In this document: positions 54,729 through 64,000 of the stretch, one piece after another
Layout: each line of letters opens with the position of its first letter
Position numbering within the stretch: position 1 is the first letter of the stretch
NCBI RefSeq assembly: GCF_000497125.1
Contig: NC_090602.1
Span: 434,001-498,000, forward strand
Reading direction: 5' to 3'
DNA from: Spironucleus salmonicida
Taxonomy: Eukaryota
DNA: 64,000 nt
Program-made: the position numbers and the translations under genes
The notes under the pieces: generated by a model
Database searches by the model: none
Seen by the model: the letters and a program-made list of their open reading frames with translations, nothing else
Told to the model about the DNA's origin: nothing

Positions 54729-55106
54729 ATGGACACCGCCAGGAAGTTCGTCATCGTAGTGGCCAACGGCACGCTCTTCGACGCCAGCTTCACCCCGTGC
54801 GCCGCGGCCTTCCAGACGCTCAGGGCCGTGCAGGACAGGTGCAACAAGCTGCTCGTGGTTACGAAGGTGGACGGCGCGGAGCAGCAGGAGGCCGTGAGGC
54901 AGCAGATGGCGGCGCTGCTCCCCAACGTGCCCGCGCACCACCTGCTGTTCTGCGAGCAGGCGAAGAGCATCTACAGCTTCGTGCGCCAGTTCGACTCGCT
55001 GGTGGACCTCGTGGTGGACACGTTCCAGGAGAGCTACGACGAGACCGCGAAGTTCTACCCCGGGAAGTACCACCTCGTGCAGCAGACGCTGGACCGCGTC
55101 CTCTGA
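54729..55106 (+). CDS. PEX22-like (plant-type cytosolic domain) protein (125 aa)
   Basis: LLVVTKVDGAEQQEAVRQQM...HHLLFCEQAKSIYSFVRQFDSLVDLVVDT resembles plant PEX22 KVLFCSTxxGRTSFVRQLEPDWHIDT (from memory). Confidence 0.65.
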   Translation: MDTARKFVIVVANGTLFDASFTPCAAAFQTLRAVQDRCNKLLVVTKVDGAEQQEAVRQQMAALLPNVPAHHLLFCEQAKSIYSFVRQFDSLVDLVVDTFQESYDETAKFYPGKYHLVQQTLDRVL

Positions 55107-55129
55107 GTTCCTTTATGTTCAGTAAACCA

Positions 55130-58100
55130 TCACTCGTACTGGTTGCACAGGAACAGGTAGGTGGCCAGGGCCATCTTCCGCTTGTACAGCACGTCGTCGC
55201 CCTGCACGAGCTTGTTCAGGGGGTTGTGGCTCATCACCTGCATGGCCTTCAGCGCGCTGTGGATGTCCTCCTTCATCTTCTGCACCTCCGTCTCGCCGCG
55301 GATGATCATGTCGCGCATGTTGAACGCGTGGAAGTACGCCAGGTCCAGCTGCCCCGCCACGAAGTCCCGCACCAGCATGTCCATCTCGGGCCGCTTCGCC
55401 TCGTTGCCCGTCTGGTGGTAGATGAACTTGTCTAGCCGGCTGAAGATCACGCTCGTCTGGTCCCGGTCCACCTGCAGCTCCGTCAGGGCGAAGTCCCGCA
55501 GCAGCCGGTACGATTCCCGGATGCGGGTCGTCGTGCGGTCCAGCGCCTGCGGCTTCTCCTTGATCATGAACGAGTACAGCTTGCCCCAGTCCTGCGAGTT
55601 CACGCGCTGACAGCTGCTCAGAATGAATAGGAATGAGTCTAGGTCCGCTGCAGCTTGTAGCTGCTTTGTCATCTGGCATTTCTCGATTCGTTCTAAGATG
55701 AATTATTTCACAATATCGTCATCATCATTATAAAATGATAATTTCATTGAGTCCACCATTCGTTGCTATGATCTAGGCATTTGCTGATTAGGGGCTATAG
55801 CCTGTCGCTAATTACCTGGTGGGGACACTGGCGGTGGACGCTATGCTAATACTTTAACTGGAACTGGAACTTAAGGTTCTTACCTTGGTTCCCCTTCATC
55901 AAAGCTAAACTTATTTAATGGATCAGAAAATAGCATTCTTTCGCATCTTACTGCACCTTCCAATACCTAAAAACGGTGTTTCATTGTTTCAGGAGTAATA
56001 TCAGTTGTCTAAAAGAGCTCTTCTGGTGCCAATTTTGTCTTGCGAATAACCTAAAGTGCCCTAAATATTTGTTGGTCTGTTGGTTCTTTCACATCATCTA
56101 ATATAAGTTTCTAACTTGATACATCAGGAACATCCCTACGAGCTGCCTTGTAAACCTTAAACATATCATGCGCAGCAGGTTCAAATTCAGTGGCAACACA
56201 TGAATCTCGAAGGAAGTCAAAATGTTTTCTAGGCTTACTTCGCTCAGCCTACATGATTAAACCGATGGAATGTGGACCATAACCTGTCTCACTGGTGGCA
56301 TGCATAAGAATATAGTCATGAGATCGGGACCAAATAAAAAGAATACGCTTATAAAGAGCAGTTATATATTCAAAATCTTCTTTAGCAATTTTCTGTTGAT
56401 TTAGTAAGTGTAGAATACGATCTTCAGATGATCCAAAACAACCTAAAAAGCTGAGTTTCAGGAGCTTCAAGATCTCATATTGTTTCCTTAAATCTGTTTT
56501 TGCGCAATCGTTAATATAAAAACGTTCAGTATCAATAAGCATAAGTTTGAAGTCCTAATTAGTACGATCAGAAAAATATAAGCTGAACTTGTTATCTACA
56601 ATCCAAAATTTCACATTAAGTTCCTCTATCTTCTTTGCCTGATCAACAATTCTGTCTAGCTATTTGATATCACTACTGTTAAGATCTCCATCCTTATAAA
56701 GAACATGAAAATCAAAATGAATATGGCTGCTGATGACTCCTTCAATTTCACGCTTATTTTCTGCCGTTAGAACATCTCCTTTGTTCTGTAATACACGATT
56801 TAGCCACTATAAAAATTCATATTGCTGTAATTTAATTTACATCAGTCTAGAACGCTGCAATCTACGGATCTATAGTCGAAGTTCATCTTTATTAGTAGTT
56901 AATTTTTCATATTTAAATGGAAATTCAAGCCCATATTATGCACTAAGAATAAGAAGTTGTAGTATTATGTTGATATTTTTTGTCCTACTCATAAGATCAG
57001 TTTTCTAGATACAGCGGTGAAATGTTTCAAACGGAGATGAACCAGATGATAATCCATAGCGCAGCAAAAGTTCCACACAAGTTTTGCGTTCAAGAGAGTC
57101 AATCTACTGTGCCTAATTATAAAGTTATCCGAAAAGATCCTTAATCTGTCCTTCAGAAAGATCATAAATGCGGTCTGAAATTGCATGTATAGATTTAGGC
57201 TATTAATCATATTGAACTCCAAATACTGGGTCCTATTAGAATACAACTATCTAGTTCCGCTAAAGATCTACATGTGACTATATAAATCGTTTCAGAATGA
57301 GTTAATAAAATACACTAACATTTTTATAGAACCACAAATCCTGAAATTATTATCGGGAAGCTTCTTCTACTTTCGCTTTCTGTTCGTCTGTCAACATATG
57401 AAACTTAGACAAAGTGGGCTGCTTCTTTTACATCTATGAAGAATAGTCATTGGAAACGATTTGTAGCAACACCTAGAAATCCTTATCTCCCCTGTCTGGT
57501 CCTTATTAAGTAGGTTGTTATCCAAATATATAACCTACCATATCTCTGGGACTAAGAACCATGGTTGTAGGAACAAATAATAAGTTTCGTTTTGCGTAGT
57601 AATATCGAGGATTATATTGGTCGCAAATACGACGTACAGCCAGTTTAAGTTAATTTAAACTAATTTTTCTAATTTAGTCGTCAAAGAATAAATATGGTGG
57701 TGGTGTCTGAATTGTTCGTGTTATTGGAGTTTGAATAAGTGGTTCCACTACACTATTAAGACGACTTAACGGTTTTAGCATTTAAACTTACTACTTTACG
57801 ATAGGAGACACGAAACTAGGGGTTTAACTTTTTAATTACTATTAAATAAATTTACGTTATTTGGTTGTTGGTGGCATACGGAAATCAGATACTTAACCTG
57901 TAAAGGCTTTAATATCAATATCAAGACCAAACGCTCCCTGAATTAGTGAATTTTAAGTAAAACCGATCTCAACTGCTTACATTACCTCCTCTGATGACTT
58001 GCTTTAACGGTATCTCTGAATAACTTTGTTGAGATGTTCTGTAGGTAAAAATGCAACAGAGTTGTTACAGGATATAGTTTTTAAAACTGAGCTAAAGAAG

Positions 58101-61100
58101 CGATGTAAAACAAATAACTATGCCTATTATTAAGTCTCTGTATTAAAGAAATGTTTCTAACTAATTTTTATTCCATGAAACACTGAATTTTTCGGTCCAA
58201 AATTCATTATGTTTGACATCAAATTCGTAATCAGTAAATTATCACAAGCAATACAACGAGTATAGAAAGTCGATGCGGAAATTAAATGAACTCCAAAGTC
58301 TGACCCATAATCTGCCTATTTTAAATGTGTTTTAATTAATTCTTCAATGAAAAAGTGCTACTTTTCTGGTATGAACCTCTCTAAAATATTGGAAACTCGG
58401 TTTATCTTTAGGAATCTTACAGAAAAAGCACAAAACTCGGCAAAATCAGCTGCCTTATTGGCAAAGCTCTCAATAAATTAAGAAGCTGAATCATAGAAGC
58501 TAAAAGAGTTCTAAAAATAGATTTTACGGAAATCGAAGTTATAGTAAATTGCTTGTAAAGGAACAAATAACTCAAAAGGGCAAGCTTAAGCTAAAACTCT
58601 GGTAATAGGAAGGTCAGCAAAGGTGCTCAGTTAAAGGTTGGTTAATACACCACCCTAGCGTACGACCTAATCAGCAACTAGATAACTGATGATAGCATTT
58701 TAAGGAGCATAGTTTTACCGATGAGGTTCAAAGCACCCTCCATATGATAATATACGCGCTCTATCTATCAGTGATGTGAATGCAATAAAGCGCTCACGTT
58801 GCTGTATCTCATTTTCTGTTTAGAATACAGTATCATATAACTATCTATTAGTTTCCTCATCCAAATACTAATGTCCACCACGAATAACTATATTATCATA
58901 ACGGCACCCTCCTTAGTACGCTACAGTGATTAGTTATTTATTTAAAATAAAATCGACAGCGCCTGGTTGATTCTCGCTAGAAGAAAAAAATTCCCCTAAT
59001 TTCCAATTTTGATTTATTTTACCGCCCCATTTATAACTAGCACAATCTTCAGCTATTGAATCCATAGGTTATTCACAAATATCACAGGTTTTTCCATTAA
59101 GGATAGCCTTTTATCCATCTAGGCACTCACTACAAATAGTTGTATCTGGATAACTACTATTATTGCGCTAAAAACATTGAATAAACTGATAACTATCATT
59201 TTATAGTTTAGCAAGAGGAAGATATATATAACTTTTGATAACTGCCTTTCCACGTTCAACTCGCTTGACATCGTAGCTATTTATATCAGATACCTTAACT
59301 TCTCTTGAAACTGCCATAAACTAGCTCACAATCTGTTACCCGCATGATGCATTGTTAAAAATCATAAATTTGTTAATCTGATCCGAAATTTACTATTACG
59401 ACTGCGATATAGTAGGGAATTAATTATTGTAGTAAAGTACCATACCTTTGTCAAAATTTGTATTGCATAAATAATAAAAGGAATTGATTGAATCTAGTTA
59501 ATAATAATTAACAATCTTATCTGACACAGCTACTTCAATGTAGCTTAATCCAGAAAAGTCGTAAAACTGAGTTGAAAAATGAGAATTTGGTAGCTTAGAT
59601 CCGTAAATATGCGAAGCAAATACATGCAAATTGAACTTGCGATTTATGTTAAAAATCTAAATTAAAGATGCTTGCAAAATGAGCTCATTTTAATTATAGT
59701 GGTTCACAGTCATCCTAGTAAATTTATCGGTTAAATGCGTCGAATTTGAGCTTTCCTACTGCAAAGATGCCCCAAGCGCAGTATAATCATATGGTTAGTT
59801 TATAGCACAGTTTCCATCGAAACCTGAGACTTTTATGAAGTTAATAATTGAATTAAAAAGCTTTTAGCCGTCTTGTTTGGCTGCATGCGCCGAAAAGTAG
59901 TTCTTTTTTAATTGGTAAAACTCCTGCATCGACTGGTGTGGCACTTATTAACGATAAACCAGCACCTGCTCCTCGATAGAGTTTTCAGCCAAAATCGTGA
60001 AAACTGACGGCTACACGACCCCCAGCTACTGGTAAAAGATGTTAACAATCAGCTCAACCTGCCGTGTAGAAACGAACGGCAGCAGAACAAATCCAGGGAG
60101 CTGCTTGGACACGAATCCGTTGTGGATTTGGGTTGTCAAAGTGTACGAAATCAGCGCAGATTCTCCCAGCAAAACGACGCTCAAACGGTCGCTGGAACCG
60201 CTGAAATTTACTTCCTTATGCAGCTGGAATTTGAGCTCAACAAGGCCGCTTTATATCAGATGTTTCTTCACGCTCGGTAGCGTGAAATCTGGCACGACCA
60301 TTAGGACTTGCCCGACGCCGAAATTCGAGAAGGAGCGCACGAATCCGTCGATTTCAGCCTTGCGGCCCACCTCTGGAATTTGACTTTCCTCGGCCGAAAA
60401 GTCGTCCTGAAGCCACAGATTCTTTAGGATTTGGCCCGTGAGGTACGCCGTGAAGGAGAGATATGAAACATGTGATTTGCTAGATAGTTTCTCCTTTCGC
60501 AGCTTGTTATCGCCCAAAACCCGCTGAGCTACGATATCAGAGTCCAAGAATTGTTTAATTCGAGTTTATTCTGCCAGGGAGACATCATATTTGTAAACAA
60601 TGGATTTGGAGCCTATTGAAATGTCCGGTTTCAGATAAGAAAGATGGCGTGGAATTGTGTTATTTTCACTTAAAATGTTGTTGAAATATCCTATTTCGAC
60701 TGCTGCGAAGAGCTACTCCACTTGTTGTGCAGAAAGCCGGTCAATTTTGAGAAGAAAACGCGCATAAGACTCTAAAAATGAAGCATTTCGCAATAAAAGG
60801 CATTTTCGTTTGCACATTATTGTTTGTAGTGGTTTGTTTGTTATTAATAGCTCATAGCGATTGTTATCGTCCTCAGATATGAAAATTACGTCGCAATCAT
60901 CGTCATAAATAAGGCTTGATGTTATTCCCAGGCGTTCTAATCGCTATGCTGTTGCATAGTAATCATATCCAAAAACAGCGATCTTACCTTTTCCTTTCAT
61001 CTGAAGATAAAAAGCAATTATTTCAGCTACATCAGCAGATAATGACCACACTGCATAGTTATCTCCTGTAAGAAACTCTGGGAAAGGATAATCCAATAGG

Positions 61101-61552
61101 CGCTGCCGCACTTTAGCATATATCGCATGATTTTTTTATGTAGGAAGGGGGAAAACTAATGCTTTAGCAATAGCTTCTTCGAGCGATGTAGTAGTAGCAA
61201 AACCTGGAGTAGCTTATTGTTGCTTTTCAGGCATTATGGCCTTCTCAAGGTTAGGTATATACATATCACCACCTGGAAAACGAAATTGAGAGACAAATTT
61301 ACCATTTTTGTAAAACTAATTCGCTGGCTATAGACGTTCATTTGTAAGATCTACTTTATATCGATAAAATATTGATAGCTAATCCTTGAACGTAGCTGCT
61401 TCTAACGCTGAAATCCAGAATGGTTACTAAGGATTTGTAGTTACTACAAGAAATAAGTGTTCTTATTATGTAAATTTTTAACCAATTATGTGCGTCACAA
61501 CCTACCCTCCTAACGAACAAGGAGGTTACTTAAGAATATCTTTAACAAGCAT
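55130..61552 (-). CDS. CHD/SNF2-related chromatin protein with degenerate ATPase, Cys-rich fingers and SANT-SLIDE-like region (2140 aa)
   Basis: One frame joins track ORFs 60251-60547, 56249-56542 and 55130-55672; VFTILAENSIEEQVL (SNF2 C-lobe); several CxxC pairs at ~58000-59200; WSRSHDYILMHATSETGYG (SLIDE-like). Confidence 0.7.
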
Positions 61553-61780
61553 TATAAAAGGGTATAATACTATATAATAGTATAATATTAGTCTATTATC
61601 AAGAATTAATTATATTTAACTTGTTATTAGTAAACTGGTTATTTATTATTATATCAAATAATTATAATAATTTTTAAACCATTGCTACTATGGTTTTTAT
61701 ATTGCAAATTGTAATATTATTTAATTGTACTTATCTCTATTTAATATAATTCTATATACATAATATATTAAATAATTAAA

Positions 61781-62404
61781 ATGTATAATGCCTTTAGTTA
61801 TGAAGTTTAGTCTAAATTACCAGATAATATGAAGCCTTAGCTTATTATTTAATAAAAATCTTCAGCTAAATCTGAATGTTTAACTATTTTTTAAGATCCT
61901 AGATACCCTATCTGGATACCAAAATCAGAATTAATTTATTAATATTAGGAGTTATTAGATGAGTTTTCTGTGGCTAAATCATTGTTTAGGAATGATATGA
62001 TATAACCTGTAGCTGTACTTCATATTCAAAATTTATCATACTATTAGTTTAGGTTCCCGTTAAAAGATATATTTGTTTTAGTCGAGGATGCTGAAAAAAT
62101 ATAATAAAAAAGAACTATATAAGAACCAAAATTTAATATAGCATTGTAACATTTAATTAAACAGTTTGATTAAGATTTGATGACACTATGGTCTAATAGT
62201 ATTAGTTTAGAATCAGCAATATATTATTTGATTAAATATTTTAGAAAACAAGTTATAGTTTTTACATAATAAAATTATTATAGATTGGCATAGACATTAT
62301 TTAATTTAGGGATTACTTCAGCTTATAATATGGATTATGATGCTTAAGTTATTATTTAATAAGATTTTACTTATAGTATAAAAGTTAATATTCTTAAATA
62401 TTGA
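61781..62404 (+). CDS. hypothetical protein (207 aa), possibly the 5' part of a frameshifted gene
   Basis: MYNAFSYEVQSKLPDNMK... to TGA at 62402. Confidence 0.55.
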
Positions 62405-64000
62405 TATCTAGTTTAGATAAATAATACAATGGAACAGTCCAATGCTAGAAATTGGTTATCACTGAAAATTCAATCTTAACATCGTTTTAATCTCAATTCT
62501 TAGGGATAAGTTCATAACTAGAAAACTATCATTTAGAAAACATTCTATAAACTTAATAACAGACGGTCAGCAATAAAAATATTGGATCATCATCTAGGAT
62601 TTTGTATAGTAACCTATCTTTGATATAGTAAATTGAATCTAAAGAAATATTTTAATTACATCCTTTATCTTAGAAATTATTTAGTGAAGTAAGAAGCAAA
62701 AATGATACCTTTACTAATTCATAGTTTATAGGATATAATACAAATCTATGCCATTAATTTTTAAAGGTTTAACAAACGTTAGAAGAAACTTCAGGCAAAA
62801 AAGATTTATTGGATAAACTTCGCATTGGATTATCACATATTAAAATATTTAATTATATTGTTATAGTACCAAATTATTGTTATGATATAGTTTTATCTTA
62901 TTATTAGCAGCAAAATATAAGTATTAACTTAGATTTAGAAAATTAGCAACACTCTACTACTATTTTAACTGATTCTTAACTAATATCTTATTTAAAGGTA
63001 ACGTAAATGAAAGGGGCGTTTATCAATCCAACTTATTTAGCTAAATTTGTAATATTTCCATTTATTTCGACAAGACTTACTGAAATATATGTGGAACAGC
63101 TATATTAGTTACATGACATTAGTATTCCGTTTATATATATTTTAATTACACTTTTAAGTATTGAAGAATAGCTATTAGTTTTTAAATAACAACAATCTAT
63201 TTAGGTATATGAAGAATTTGAAATATTTAGCTAGAGCATATAAAATTTTAACCTTGAATTTAATAATCCATTTGAACTATCTAATTAGGTAAATAGTCTT
63301 ATTTAACAGCATGGGTTTGATCTTAAGTAAAATATTACTACAACATTAACAACAGAGTAATTAAATAATGCTAAAGAGGATTAATATCTTACAAATAAAG
63401 AAGTTAATAATAATATGAATCATTCTATTCCATATGAACTAATTTTATAAAGTTCATATCATGATATTTCGCTGATAAATAAAAAGTTTAATACTCATCG
63501 TATATCTAAAGTATATTTTCCCAATCATCATTTAGATTAACATATTTTCTAGCATAGCGGTTTATCCTATTTAAATTTAGTAAAATCTGAACAATTATAA
63601 TTGTAGGATTGCTATAATATGATATATGGCCAAAACTTATAAATATCATGTGAGGATTCCTTTTATGCTAGTAATTTAATTCAATAATAAAATAGCAGTT
63701 ATTAAGATTATTATAAAAAGATTTTTGCAATTTAAGAAGAATCAACATTTTCTTTAGATCTTTTATAGACATTTTTAGATTCTAACTATGCAATAAATCC
63801 ATTAAATATTCAGTCCTATGATACACTTGAAAGCAGTAATAACATAAAGCATTATGCATATATGCCTTCATATATATTGTATCCTCATAACTATGAAATT
63901 ATAAAGGTATATCATAATAATTTATTGGCATCAACGTAGTAGGACTAAAGTACTTTATGTCTTGGTGAATTATTTGATTAAGAAGAAAAAAAATTACCAA
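62341..64000 (+). CDS. long open frame running off the window (first ATG only at 63007)
   Basis: No in-frame TGA seen from 62341 in the segments read; natural-looking codon usage. Confidence 0.55.

Noticed and set aside
3622-60547. Most short ORFs in the supplied track (e.g. 3622-3867, 8233-8487, 20147-20461, 54127-54690, 54360-55073, 54797-55435)
   Set aside because: Computed with the standard code; they are antisense or off-frame shadows, or fragments of longer code-6 genes
1-64000. CRISPR arrays, rRNA, telomeric repeats, spliceosomal introns
   Set aside because: None seen; recognisable genes read through without interruption

Overview
Gene-dense, AT-rich, apparently intron-free eukaryotic DNA that uses the TAA/TAG=Gln, TGA=stop code. 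Long ORFs only appear under this code, and paralogues align TAG with CAA. Together with AGTGA signals overlapping stops and C-rich motifs before ATGs, this points to a hexamitid diplomonad such as Spironucleus (inference). The supplied standard-code ORF track therefore shows only fragments, and all CDS coordinates below were re-read by hand. Recognisable genes: polo-like kinase, eIF1AD-like, thioredoxin-like, WD40-like, ABCA-type transporter, Trm112, adenylate kinase with an RIIa/Dpy-30-like N-terminus, AP sigma subunit, VAMP7-like, YEATS, syntaxin, SH3-like, DHA2 MFS transporter, tRNA-Ala(UGC), Rrp7-like, a degenerate CBS-type family II pyrophosphatase and a degenerate CHD-like remodeller. 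Highlights: (1) a 1603-bp apparently identical inverted repeat (7218-8820 / 32282-33884) carrying a tandem pair of miniature double-domain E2F-like genes and a candidate ~190-nt structured RNA, with endpoints inside the genes; (2) a plant-type PEX22-like gene in a GC-rich island; (3) recurring local GC peaks roughly every 5-6 kb where the + strand flips from A/C-rich to G/T-rich regardless of gene orientation.
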